Below, piece by piece: positions 13,481-27,246 of a stretch of 64,000 nucleotides of DNA; position 1 is the stretch's first letter; each line of letters starts with the position of its first letter. The translations under genes were made by a program, and so were the position numbers. The notes under the pieces are model-generated. The model saw only the letters and a program-made list of their open reading frames with translations, did not search any database and had not been told where the DNA came from. The stretch lies in contig NC_047016.1 of assembly GCF_902652985.1 (NCBI RefSeq), forward strand, positions 52,204,001 through 52,268,000, read 5' to 3'. Origin of the DNA: Pecten maximus (lineage: Eukaryota).

Positions 13481-16400
13481 GATGGTGGTGGATGTTTACC
13501 TTACACTGCCCTCTGGTGATGGTGGCGGATGTTTACCTTACACTGCCCTGTTGTGATGGTGACGGATGTTTACCTTACACTGCCCTGTTGTGATGGCGGC
13601 GGATATTTTCCCTTACACTTTATTCTGGTGATGGTGGCGGATGTTTGACCTTACACTGCCCTCTGGTGATGCTGGCGGATGTTTACCTTACACTGCCCTG
13701 TTGTGATGGTGACGGATGTTTACCTTACACTGCCCTCTAGTGATGGCGACGGATGTTTTCCCTTCAACAACCGTCTGGTGATGCTAGCGGATGCTTTCTC
13801 TTACACTGCCTTCTAGTGATGGTGGCGGATGTTTACCTTACACTGCCCCCTGGTGATGGTGGCGGATGTTGACCTTACACTGCCCTCTGGTGATGGTGGC
13901 GGATGTTTACTTTACACTGCCCTCTGGTGATGGTGGCGGATCTTTACCTTACACTGCCCTCTGGTGATGGTGGCGGATGTTTACTTCACACTGCCCTCTG
14001 GTGATAGTGGCGGATGTTTATCTTACACTGCCCTCTGGTGATGGCGGCGGATGTTTATCTTACACTTCCCTCTGGTGATAGTGGCGGATGTTTATCTTAC
14101 ACTGCCCTCTGGTGATGGCGGCGGATCTTTACCTTACACTGCCCTCTGGTGATGGTGGCGGATGTTTTCTCTTACACTGCCCTCTGGTGATGGCGACGGA
14201 TGTTTTCCCTTACACTACCGTCTGGTGATGCTAGCGGATGTTTTCTCTTACACTGCCGTCTGGTGATGGTGGCGGATGTTTCTCTTACACTGCCCTCTGG
14301 TGATGGTGGCGGATGTTTACCTTACACTGCCCTCTGGTGATGGTGGCGGATGTTTTCTTTTACACTACCGTCTGGTGATGGTGGCGGATGTTTTCTCTTA
14401 CACTACCGTCTGGTGAAGCTGGCAGATGTTTTCTCTTACACTGCCCTCTGGTGATGGTGGCGGATGTTTACTTTACACTGCCCTCTGGTGATGGTGGCGG
14501 ATCTTTACCTTACACTGTGCTTTGATGATGGTGGCGGATGTTTAATCTTACACTATTATTTGGTTATGATGGCGGATGTTTTACCTTACACTGCCCTCTG
14601 GTGATGTTGGCGGATGTTTACCTTACACTGCCCTCTTGTGATAGTGGCGGATGTTTTTCCTTACACTGCCCTCTGAGTGATGGCAGCGGATGTTTACCTT
14701 ACACTGCCCTCTGGTGATGGCGGCGGATCTTTACCTTACACTGCCCTCTGGTGATGGCGGCGGATGTTCTACTTACACTGCCCTCTGGTGATGGCGTCTG
14801 ATCTTTACCTTACACTGCCCTCTGGTGATAGTGGCGGATGTTTTCCCTTACACTGCCCTCTGGTGATAGTGGCGGATGTTTTACCTTACACTGCCCTCTG
14901 GTGATGGCGGCGGATCTTTACCTTACACTGCCCTCTGGTGATAGTGGCGGATATTTTCCCTTACACTGCCCTCTGGTGATGGCGGCGGATGTTTACCTTA
15001 CACTGCCCTCTGGTGATAGTGGCGGATGTTTTCCCTTACACTGCCCTCTGGTGATAGTGGCGGATGTTTTACCTTACACTGCCCTCTGGTGATGGCGGCG
15101 GATCTTTACCTTACACTGCCCTCTGGTGATAGTGGCGGATGTTTTACCTTACACTGCCCTCTGGTGATAGTGGCGGATATTTTCCTTTACACTGCCCTCT
15201 AGTGATGGTGACGGATGTTTTACCTTACACTCCTCTCTGGTGAAGGTGGCGGATATTTTATATTACACTGCCCTCTGGTGATAGTGGCGGATGTTTTCCT
15301 TACACTGCCCTCTGGTGATAGTGGCGGATGTTTTACCTTACACTGTCATGTGGTGATGGTGACGGATGTTTGACCTTACACTGCCCTCTGGTGATGGTGA
15401 CGGATGTTTTCCTTTACACTGCCCTCTGGTGATGGTGGCGGATGTTTTCCTTTACACTGCCTCTGATGATGGCAGCGGATCGTTACCTTACACTGCCCTC
15501 TGGTGATAGTGGCGGATGTTTTCCTTACACTGCCCTCTGGTGATAGTGGCGGATGTTTTACCTTACACTGCCCTCTGTTGATGGCGGCGGATCTTTACCT
15601 TACACTGCCCTCTAGTGATGGTGACGGATGTTTATCTCACACTGTCCTCTGGTGAATGTGGCGGATATTTATATTACACTGCCCTCTGGTGATAGTGGCG
15701 GATGTTTTACCTTACACTGCTCTCTGGTGATGGTGGCGGATGTTTGACCTTACACTGCCCTCTGGTGATGGTGGCGGATGTTTGATCTTACACTGCCCTG
15801 TTGTGATGGTGACGGATGTTTACCTTACACTGCCCTCTGCTGATGCTGGCGGATGTTTACCTTACACTGCCCTGCTGTGATGGTGACGGATGTTTACCTT
15901 ACACTGCCCTCTGGTGATGGTGACGGATGTTTACCTTACACTGCCCTGTTGTGATGGTGGCGGATGTTTGACCTTACACTGCCCTCTGGTGATGCTGGCG
16001 GATGTTTACCTTACACTGCCCTCTAGTGATGGCCACGGATGTTTTCCCTTCAACAATTGTCTGGTGATGCTAGCGGATGTTTTCTCTTACACTGCCCTCT
16101 AGTGATGGTGGCGGATGTTTACCTTACACTGCCCTCTGGTGATGGTGGCGGATGTTTACTTTACACTGTCCTCTGGTGATGGCGGCGGATCTTTACCTTA
16201 CACTGCCCTCTGGTGATAGTGGCGGATGTTTTACCTTACACTGCCCTCTGGTAATGGCGGCGGATCTTTACCTTACACTGCCCTCTGGTGATAGTGGCTG
16301 ATGTTTTACCTTACACTGCCCTCTGGTGATAGTGGCGAATGTTTTCCTTACACTGCCTTCTAGTGATGGTGACGGATGATTACCTTACACTGCCCTCTGG

Positions 16401-19400
16401 TGATGGTGGCGGATGTTTTCCTTTACACTGCTCTCTGATTATGGTGACGGATGTTTGACCTTACACTGCCCTCTGGTGATGGTGGCGGATGTTTGACCTT
16501 ACCCTGCCCTCTGGTGATGGCGGCGGATCTTTACCTTACACTTTCCTCTGGTGATGGTGACGGATGTTTGACCTTACACTGCCTTCTAGTGATGGTGACG
16601 GATGATTACCTTACACTGCCCTCTGGTGATGGTGGCGGATGTTTTCCCTTACACTGCTCTCTGATGATGTTGACGGATGTTTGACCTTACACTGCCCTCT
16701 GGTGATGGTGGCGGATGTTTGATCTTACACTGCCCTGTTGTGATGGTGACGGATGTTTACCTTACACTGCCCTCTGCTGATGCTGGCGGATGTTTACCTT
16801 ACACTGCCCTGCTGTGATGGTGACGGATGTTTACCTTACACTGCCCTCTGGTGATGGTGACGGATGTTTACCTTACACTGCCCTGTTGTGATGGTGGCGG
16901 ATGTTTGACCTTACACTGCCCTCTGGTGATGCTGGCGGATGTTTACCTTACACTGCCCTGTTGTGATGGTGACGGATGTTTACCTTACACTGCCCTCTAG
17001 TGATGGCCACGGATGTTTTCCCTTCAACAATTGTCTGGTGATGCTAGCGGATGTTTTCTCTTACACTGCCCTCTAGTGATGGTGGCGGATGTTTACCTTA
17101 CACTGCCCCCTGGTGATGGTGGCGGATGTTTGACCTTACACTGCCCTCTGGTGATGGTGGCGGATGTTTACTTTACACTGTCCTCTGGTGATGGCGGCGG
17201 ATCTTTACCTTACACTGCCCTCTGGTGATAGTGGCGGATCTTTACCTTACACTGCCCTCTGGTGATGGCGGCGGATGTTTACTTTACACTGCCCTCTGGT
17301 GATGGCGGCGGATCTTTACCTTACACTGCCCTCTGGCGATAGTGGCGGATCTTTACCTTACACTGCCCTCTGGTGATGGCGGCGGATCTTTACCTTACAC
17401 TGCCCTCTGGTGATGGTGGCGAATGTTTTCCCTTAGGCTGTCCTCTGGTGATGGTGGCGGTTTTTTTTACGTTACACTGTGCCTTGATGATGGTGGCGGA
17501 TGTTTTATCTTACACTATTATTTGGTTATTGTGGCGGATGTTTACCTTACACTGCCCTCTGATGATGGCGGCGGATCTTTACCTTACACTGCCCTCTGGT
17601 GATAGTGGCGGATGTTTTACCTTACACTGCCCTCTGGTGATAGTGGCGAATGTTTTCCTTACACTGCCTTCTAGTGATGGTGACGGATGATTACCTTACA
17701 CTGCCCTCTGGTGATGGTGGTGGATGTTTTCCCTTACACTGCTCTCTGATTATGGTGACGGATGTTTGACCTTACACTGCCCTCTGGTGATGGTGGCGGA
17801 TCTTTACCTTACACTGCCCTCTGATGATGGTGGCGGATGTTTACTTTACACTGCCCTCTGGTGATGGCGGCGGACCTTTACCTTACACTGCCCTCTGGTG
17901 ATAGTGGCGGATCTTTACCTTACACTGCCCTCTGGTGATGGCGGCGGATCTTTACCTTACACTGCCCTCTGGTGATGGTGGCGGATGTTTTCCCTAAGGC
18001 TGTCCTCTGGTGATGGTGGCGGTTTTTTTACGTTACACTGTGCTTTGATGATGGTAGCGGATGTTTTATCTTACACTATTATTTGGTTATGGTGGCGGAT
18101 CTTTACCTTACACTGCCCTCTGATGATGGCGGCGGATCTTTACCTTACACTGCCCTCTGGTGATGGCGGCGGATCTTTACCTTACACTGCCCTCTGGTGA
18201 TGGCGGTTGATGTTTACCTTACACTGCCCTCTGGTGATGGCGGCGGATCTTTACCTTACACTGCCCTCTGGTGATGGCGGCGGATGTTCTACTTACACTG
18301 CCCTCTGGTGATGGCGTCTGATCTTTACGTTACACTGCCCTCTGGAAATATTGGCGGATATTTTCCCTTACACTGCCCTCTGGTGATAGTGGCGGATGTT
18401 TTACCTTACACTGCCCTCTGGTGATGGCGGCGGATCTTTACCTTACACTGCCCTCTGGTGATAGTGGCGGATATTTTCCCTTACACTGCCCTCTGGTGAT
18501 GGCGGCGGATGTTTACCTTACACTGCCCTCTGGTGATAGTGGCGGATGTATTCCCTTACACTGCCCTCTGGTGATAGTGGCGGATGTTTTACCTTACACT
18601 GCCCTCTGGTAATGGCGGCGGATCTTTACCTTACACTGCCCTCTGGTGATAGTGGCTGATGTTTTACCTTACACTGCCCTCTGGTGATAGTGGCGAATGT
18701 TTTCCTTACACTGCCTTCTAGTGATGGTGACGGATGATTACCTTACACTGCCCTCTGGTGATGGTGGCGGATGTTTTCCTTTACACTGCTCTCTGATTAT
18801 GGTGACGGATGTTTGACCTTACACTGCCCTCTGGTGATGGTGGCGGATGTTTGACCTTACCCTGCCCTCTGGTGATGGCGGCGGATCTTTACCTTACACT
18901 TTCCTCTGGTGATGGTGACGGATGTTTGACCTTACACTGCCTTCTAGTGATGGTGACGGATGATTACCTTACACTGCCCTCTGATGATGGTGGCGGATGT
19001 TTTCCCTTACACTGCTCTCTGATGATGTTGACGGATGTTTGACCTTACACTGCCCTCTGGTGATGGTGGCGGATGTTTGATCTTACACTGCCCTGTTGTG
19101 ATGGTGACGGATGTTTACCTTACACTGCCCTCTGCTGATGCTGGCGGATGTTTACCTTACACTGCCCTGCTGTGATGGTGACGGATGTTTACCTTACACT
19201 GCCCTCTGGTGATGGTGACGGATGTTTACCTTACACTGCCCTGTTGTGATGGTGGCGGATGTTTGACCTTACACTGCCCTCTGGTGATGCTGGCGGATGT
19301 TTACCTTACACTGCCCTGTTGTGATGGTGACGGATGTTTACCTTACACTGCCCTCTAGTGATGGCCACGGATGTTTTCCCTTCAACAATTGTCTGGTGAT

Positions 19401-22400
19401 GCTAGCGGATGTTTTCTCTTACACTGCCCTCTAGTGATGGTGGCGGATGTTTACCTTACACTGCCCCCTGGTGATGGTGGCGGATGTTTGACCTTACACT
19501 GCCCTCTGGTGATGGCGGCGGATGTTTACTTTACACTGCCCTCTGGTGATGGCGGCGGATCTTTACCTTACACTGCCCTCTGGTGATAGTGGCGGATCTT
19601 TACCTTACACTGCCCTCTGGTGATGGCGGCGGATCTTTACCTTACACTGCCCTCTGGTGATGGTGGCGAATGTTTTCCCTTAGGCTGTCCTCTGGTGATG
19701 GTGGCGGTTTTTTTACGTTACACTGTGCCTTGATGATGGTGGCGGATATTTTATCTTACACTATTATTTGGTTATTGTGGCGGATGTTTACCTTACACTG
19801 CCCTCTGATGATGGCGGCGGATCTTTACCTTACACTGCCCTCTGGTGATAGTGGCGGATGTTTTACCTTACACTGCCCTCTGGTGATAGTGGCGAATGTT
19901 TTCCTTACACTGCCTTCTAGTGATGGTGACGGATGATTACCTTACACTGCCCTCTGGTGATGGTGGCGGATGTTTTCCCTTACACTGCTCTCTGATTATG
20001 GTGACGGATGTTTGACCTTACACTGCCCTCTGGTGATGGTGGCGGATGTTTGACCTTACCCTGCCCTCTGGTGATGGCGGCGGATCTTTACCTTACACTT
20101 TCCTCTGGTGATGGTGACGGATGTTTGACCTTACACTGCCTTCTAGTGATGGTGACGGATGATTACCTTACACTGCTCTCTGATGATGTTGACGGATGTT
20201 TTCCCTTACACTGCTCTCTGATGATGTTGACGGATGTTTGACCTTACACTGCCCTCTGGTGATGGTGGCGGATGTTTGACCTTACACTGCCCTGTTGTGA
20301 TGGTGACGGATGTTTACCTTACACTGCCCTCTGGTGATGCTGGCGGATGTTTACCTTACACTGCCCTGTTGTGATGGTGACGGATGTTTACCTTACACTG
20401 CCCTCTGGTGATGGTGACGGATGTTTACCATACACTGCCCTGTTGTGATGGTGGCGGATGTTTGACCTTACACTGCCCTCTGGTGATGCTGGCGGATGTT
20501 TACCTTACACTGCCCTGTTGTGATGGTGACGGATGTTTACCTTACACTGCCCTCTAGTGATGGCGACGGATGTTTTCCCTTCAACAACCGTCTGGTGATG
20601 CTAGCGGATGCTTTCTCTTACACTGCCCTCTAGTGATGGTGGCGGATGTTTACCTTACACTGCCCCCTGGTGATGGTGGCGGATGTTTGACCTTACACTG
20701 CCCTCTGGTGATGGTGGCGGATGTTTACTTTACACTGTCCTCTGGTGATGGTGGCGGATCTTTACCTAACACTGCCCTCTGGTGATAGTGGCGGATCTTT
20801 ACCTTACACTGCCCTCTGGGGATGGCGGCGGATGTTTACTTTACACTGCCCTCTGGTGATGGCGGCGGATCTTTACCTTACACTGCCCTCTGGTGATAGT
20901 GGCGGATCTTTACCTTACACTGCCCTCTGGTGATGGCGGCGGATCTTTACCTTACACTGCCCTCTGGTGATGGTGGCGAATGTTTTCCCTAAGGCTGTCC
21001 TCTGGTGATGGTGGCGGTTTTTTTACGTTACACTGTGCCTTGATGATGGTGGCGGATGTTTTATCTTACACTATTATTTGGTTATGGTGGCGGATGTTTA
21101 CCTTACACTGCCCTCTGATGATGGCGGCGGATCTTTACCTTACACTGCCCTCTGGTGATCGCGGTTGATCTTTACCTTACACTGCCCTCTGGTGATGGCG
21201 GCGGATCTTTACCTTACACTGCCCTCTGGTGATGGCGGCGGATGTTCTACTTACACTGCCCTCTGGTGATGGCGGCTAATCTTTACCTTACACTGCCCTC
21301 TGGAAATATTGGCGGATATTTTCCCTTACACTGCCCTCTGGTGATAGTGGCGGAGGTTTTACCTTACACTGCCCTCTGGTGATGGCGGCGGATATTTTCC
21401 CTTACACTGCCCTCTGGTGATGGCAACGGATGTTTAACTTACACTGCCCTCTGGTGATAGTGGCGGATGTATTCCCTTACACTGCCCTCTGGTGATGGCG
21501 GCGGATGTTTTACCTTACACTGCCCTCTGGTAATGGCGGCGGATCTTTACCTTACACTGCCCTCTGGTGATAGTGGCGGATATTTTACCTTACACTACCC
21601 TCTGGTGATAGTGGCGAATGTTTTCCTTACACTGCCTTCTAGTGATGGTGACGGATGATTACCTTACACTGCCCTCTGGTGATGGTGGCGGATGTTTTCC
21701 CTTACACTGCTCTCTGATGATGGTGACGGATGTTTGACCTTACACTGCCCTCTGGTGATGGTGGCGGATGTTTGACCTTACCCTGCCCTCTGGTGATGGC
21801 GGCGGATCTTTACCTTACACTTTCCTCTGGTGATGGTGACGGTTGTTTGACCTTACACTGCCGTCTGGTGATTGTGGCGAATGTTTTCCCTTACAAAGCC
21901 CTCTGGTGATTGTGGCGGATGTTTACCTTACACTGCCCTCTGGTGATAGTGGCGGATGTTTTCCCTTACACTGCCCTCTGGTGATGGTGGCGGAGGTTTA
22001 CCTTACACTGCCCTCTGGTGATGGTGGCGGATGTTTTCCCTTACACTGCCCTCTGGTGATGGTGGCGGATGTTTTCTCTTACACTGCCCTCTGGTGATGG
22101 TGGCGGATGTTTTCTCTTACAATGCCCTCTGGTGATGTTGGCGGATGTTTTCTCTTACACTGCGCCGTGGTGATGGCGGCGGATGTTTACCTTACACTTC
22201 CCTCTGGTGATGGTGGCGGATGTTTGACCTTATACTGCCCTCTGATGATGGCGGCGGATGTTTACCTTACACTGCCCTCTGGTGATGGTGTCGTATATTT
22301 TCCCTTACACTTTATTCTGGTGATGGTGGCGGATGTTTTCTCTGACTCTGCCCTTTGGTGATGGTAGCGGATGTTTTCTCTTACACTGCCCTCTGGTGAT

Positions 22401-22860
22401 GTTGGCGGATGTTTTCCTTACACTGCCCTCTAGTGATGGTGACGGATGATTACCTTACACTGCCCTCTGGTGATGGTGGCGGATGTTTGACCTTACACTG
22501 CTCTCTGATGATGGTGACGGATGTTTGACCTTACACTGCCCTGTTGTGATGGTGACGGATGTTTACCTTACACTGCCCTCTAGTGATGGCGACGGATGTT
22601 TTCCCTTCAACTACCGTCTGGTGATGCTAGCGGATGCTTTCTCTTACACTGCCCTCTAGTGATGGTGGCGGATGCTTACCTTACACTGCCCCCTGGTGAT
22701 GGCGGCGGATGTTTACCTTACACTGCCCTCTGATGATGGCGGCGGATGTTTACCTTACACTGCCCTCTGATGATGGCGGCGGATGTTTACCTTACACTGC
22801 CCTCTGGTGATGGTGGCGCATATTTTCCTTTACACTGCCTCCTGATTATTGTGGATGTGG
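13481..22860. repeat. 9.4-kb minisatellite array, 37-38 bp unit, about 250 copies, with higher-order structure
   Basis: Consensus ttacactgccctctggtgatggtggcggatgtttacc; copy number estimated from length divided by unit size; diagnostic variants recur at offsets of 1199 and 2358 bp. Confidence 0.98.
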
Positions 22861-24057
22861 TCTATACTTTACACGCAAATAATTCAAAATAACTTATGAT
22901 TCTAGATAGTGCCACCACTTTAAAGTTATTATGTATGTTGACAAGCAAACAGGGGTTTTATTTCTTTCTCGCATGTAGACACGCTTCCTGGAATACATAT
23001 ATACATCTACATTTGTATAGTGTATAGTTCAGTACGAGTCATGTGTTATACAAAAACAGCAAGAGAAAATATCACATACCCTTTCCTATTCATTAATATT
23101 GTTCTACTATTATTCAAATAGCCACACAGTGGTGTTTATATCTAAATTGGCTAGGTTGCAAATCCCAGATAAACCTTTATTTGTTTGGCCATGAAAACTC
23201 GATAGAACAAGAAATTACCACGTATGTATGATACCGTAAATTGAGAATAGGAGGGTACTATAAATATTTACACAGGCACACCTGAGAATGTCCAAGGTTA
23301 ATGGGACCAGGTGTCTCAAAAGAGTTAGCGTTTTCTGCTGTAGAGAAAGCAATCGCTTTGAAAACCGATGTCAAAGCCAGGAAATATTTCGTAGTCGCTA
23401 TATGTCCTTAGGAACATTTCATGTCTGATTTTTGAGTATAGTTTAAAGAATTCGTATTGCTGGAATGTAAAATATGACTGGGACGTCCCAATTCATTTGG
23501 TGTTTTTCCCTGCACATATCAACAAAGGCTTGGTTTATAGCACAATACCAGGATGTACATCACAGTACCCTGGGTAAATATGCAAAATAAATAAAACAAA
23601 TAAATGTATAAATACAATATAAAAAAATAAAATAAAAAGCAAAAAACGAAATATATATATATAAAAAAAATAAAAGGAAAGCAAATGATTGGTTGAGAAT
23701 ATATAACTTTATTTGATTAGACCATATCTTCACAAGTTCCGCTGACTTAACCTCCAAATAAGGGATACGGATCAGTTATTAGGTTTCACTTAACGTCATT
23801 AAACAACTGTACGAGTTACATCAGTGAGTATGTACAATGTACTTCAAATAATGTATATAGTTAAAGGATGAGTAGGCAGTGAAAATCTGTATCATAAGGA
23901 ATTTTCGTCAGTGGTGCTAGTGCTAGGGTACATTAGGAATGTAGTTTGGGGAATGTATCCAACTTGTCAATAAAAAGGAAGAAGTCACTTGTTAATCCAA
24001 TTTGAAATCCAAAAATGAAAACCATGGAAGTTGTTAAATCATAAGGCTATCGCACAA

Positions 24058-24141
24058 TTAGATGTTAACATTTTGCTAGATTTTAACATTTTGTTAGATT
24101 TTAACAATAAGTTAGATTTTAACAATAAGTTAGATTTTAAC
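24058..24141. repeat. 17-18 bp tandem repeat
   Basis: About five copies of ttagattttaaca(ataag/ttttg). Confidence 0.8.
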
Positions 24142-24687
24142 ATTTTTTTCAGCCTATTCTGAGTTTTCTTGGACGCCTCCCCAGTATCAACTTTTTTTTT
24201 TTTTTTTCGTTTTTTATTTTTTAATATATTAATGTTTTTATGTATATTAGCAACGGCAAATTCCATGAAGACTATGCGATGAATATTTACACTCAACATA
24301 CAGAATTTTATTAAAATCTATTAATGAAAACAATCATTATCAGTAATCAGTAATCACAATCAGTAATTCTTAGAAAAAAATAACTTTTTGTTAAAAAGCA
24401 GTGTCATCACATCGCTTCAACTTGCGCTGCTACTTTTAAAACCCTTTTTTTTAAAATTGTTTTAGTTATACCATCTGTACACCACCTAAGCTATTTTCCA
24501 ATTAACTACAAAAGCCTTAAAATAGTCTATATACGAAGTGTACATGTACGTACAGATTTCTTACAGTGGACCGCGAGCGTGCATATAAAATGATATTCTA
24601 TCTTAATAATCTTAGACATACACCATCATTACTGTGTCCTACCAGGACTACAGATATGTAGATGCACAATGGTGTTTTCATAAAAAA

Positions 24688-25577
24688 GATAAGTGTTTGT
24701 CAATGATTAATAGAATCTTTCCCTACCTTGAGGGTGTGACAGAGAAATCTCAACCTGAGGGGGAGATTCTTGAATGTCCAACCCGAGGCTTGCCGAGGGT
24801 TTGGACATTCAAGAATCTCCCCCGAAGGTTGAGATTTCTTTGTTACACCCTCAAGGTAGGGAATGATTATTTTTCTCCCACCTCTTTTCTGTATGTGTTT
24901 TCCCATCGGCGATCTCCGTCTGTTTGTAAACAAGTACACATGTCAAAAAAAACGCGGGAAATATGCACACATTTCCATTCATCCATTTCACGTGGGGTGA
25001 CGTCACTCACTCATCACTGTCCGACTCGGAGTAAATCACACGAGGTCGCTTTGAAATCGACTTTGTGTTGTCATTATGGCTGTGGAAATGGATGTTAAAT
25101 GTTCCCCCACTGATTGTGGATCCATAAAACACCGATCTTGTGACATCGGACGGAGTTGGGCACAAGGAAATGCTGTTGTGCGATCTTTTTACTTGTGACA
25201 GTTGAACAATTTTGTCGCGATCGGTGCAGGTAGGTGCACTTGCTCTCAGTTTCAGTTGTAGGCCTACAGTTGGGGGATTCATTTGTATTTGAAAGAATGG
25301 CAGACATTTTTTGTTTTTGGAAACTGTTCAGTTGTCTATAGTTGTTTAGAGACTGGGGATTTTTGTATTATTGTGTACACAATTTGTTTGTTGACGTAGC
25401 AGACGACGTAATGTAAACACAAAAAGTAGTTCCGGTAGTACTTCCGGTGAAGAAAGTGAGCGCGTGCAATCTGTCACACCCTAGGGTATGACAGATTGCA
25501 CGCGCTAAAAAAGACAGAGAAATCTTGTACACTCAAAACGAGAGACAAATCAGTGAAAGGTGGGAGAAATACTTATC
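24688..25577 (-). mobile_element. Crypton-type tyrosine-recombinase DNA transposon, internal-deletion derivative
   Basis: ~150-bp hairpin 24710-24870 with cgaggcttgccgag apex; IR tttctcccacct (24872) / aggtgggagaaa (25558-25569); 48-bp internal palindrome 25459-25506; YR C-terminal coding remnant inside. Confidence 0.75.
25007..25364 (-). pseudogene. C-terminal remnant of a Crypton/DUF3504-type tyrosine recombinase
   Basis: Translates KNPQSLNNYRQLNSFQKQKMSAILS, resembling the GHK..SL..Y....Q..MS..L end of Crypton YRs (putative catalytic Tyr codon 25340-25338). A frameshift leads to the tail FYGSTISGGTFNI...KRPRVIYSESDSDE. Confidence 0.7.
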
Positions 25578-27161
25578 AAAGTTTTACATGGATTCTTGAA
25601 CATTAATGGAAACGCACATTAAAAAAAAATAATAACACATAGGTCGGCCATCTTGTTCTTCAAAAAATTGTTCACGAGTGAAAGAAGTGACGTATTTAAG
25701 TGGAAGCAGTCAAATGTTTTATATCAGAATTGAGCATAACAGTATATTTGTTATGATTTTTCCATTTTAAAGAAACATAAAGGGCTGCTGATTTATTTGG
25801 AAACATATGAAACCAACGCTTATGGGGCAGTTATAACATGCTTGTCAAATGTTCAGGATTATAAAATAATCAAAGGGACCAAAGGCTCTAAAAAACATCA
25901 GGGTCTGAGGTAATAAAATAAGGAATTTAAAATTGAATTTTACAGTCAGACAGCTACATTTGTATCAGATGAAATTCCTTAACTGGTTATTTCTATTCTA
26001 TATGTATTCAGGAAAACATGTATAACATATTTATCTGCTGAAAACTTTCCAATAGCTGAGTATAGTTATTGCCCTGACCTTTTTCTTTAATGTTTGTGGA
26101 AGATTATTGACATACTTCTGAATCAGTAAAGCTACTTGTAAACTTCGAAAAAAATCAACTGAAGGACAAATCGGACTATTAACTGTTACCTGTACAATAT
26201 GCAGAGAAAAAAATCCAAGATGTACACAGCCTAAGTTTTTTTAATTTATATTGTAAGATGTTAATTAGGCATAGCAAACATCTATTTTATGACCCCTAGT
26301 AACATCGAAAATGCAAATATTTTAACTCCGATAGAAAACTGCGGTCGCGCTGTCGGTCAGGCTGTCCGACGAGACATATATAGGCCTACAGTTTTGACAA
26401 ACAAGACGCCAGTACATCAGTCACCGATCATAATCGTTAGATTATTTTCAAATAAACAAATAACAATCTTATTTAATAAAATCCTCATGAAAAACGGCAA
26501 TGTAGTTTGCTACAACTTGTCTTCAATTTATGTTGATATTTCTTGCGTATTCTAGCGACATAAAATTAATATGCAACTGCGAACGGTCGCTGGTTTAGTT
26601 ACATTAGACGTAGCCGCCATTTCCCGCCATTTTGGCCGATAAGTGATGATCACGTGATTAGTCACGTGCCAGACAGCTGAAGTTCCCTTGGAATGGTTGG
26701 CTGCAAAGCTATTTATAGAATTGTAAACATTTGACTACGTAAACATGGTTGGTTTTAGGCTTATATGAGATGTTCTTGCATATGAACTCAGGATGAACAT
26801 ATGAGTCTAAGACGTGTGGATAGTTTCTCTGTGGACGCATGTAAATTTCCTTGACGATCAACTGAATTTATTTACTTTTGTTGTCAAGGCAAGATTGAGA
26901 CAGAACTACGTAATCTTACACCTACAAAATTGCATATACTGATGAGGAAAATGTTTATATTTATAATCTAAAATAGTCTAGAACACCAAACATTCATATT
27001 TCATTTTAAATAATTGCAGTAAACACGGGAACCATCAGTTAAATCGTATTAATAGTTGCTGTTAAAATAGGAACTATATTAGGCTGCGGATGTATATCAT
27101 TTGTATTACAGAAAAGAGAAGTTGTTAGCCGGAAACAAATGTGTGACTAACAAAATTTAAC

Positions 27162-27240
27162 CACAGAGTAAAAATATTACCGCTTCACCGAGTAAAAATA
27201 TTACCGCTACACAGAGTAAAAATATTACCGCTACACCGAG
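27162..27240. repeat. 24-bp tandem repeat
   Basis: About three copies of cacagagtaaaaatattaccgcta. Confidence 0.85.
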
Positions 27241-27246
27241 ATTAAT

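Noticed and set aside
13481-22860. CRISPR array or coding repeat (LTLPSGDGGG ORFs)
   Set aside because: No unique spacers, no cas genes, eukaryotic context; 37/38-bp units shift frame constantly and stops are frequent.
13481-22860. Chi-like (GCTGGTGG) recombination signal
   Set aside because: Only mismatched versions (gctggcgg, gatggtgg) occur, and there is no known relevance in animals.
25640-26800. Possible further DNA transposon or promoter (cgccatttt, paired cacgtg E-boxes)
   Set aside because: No termini, TSD or coding remnant could be defined.
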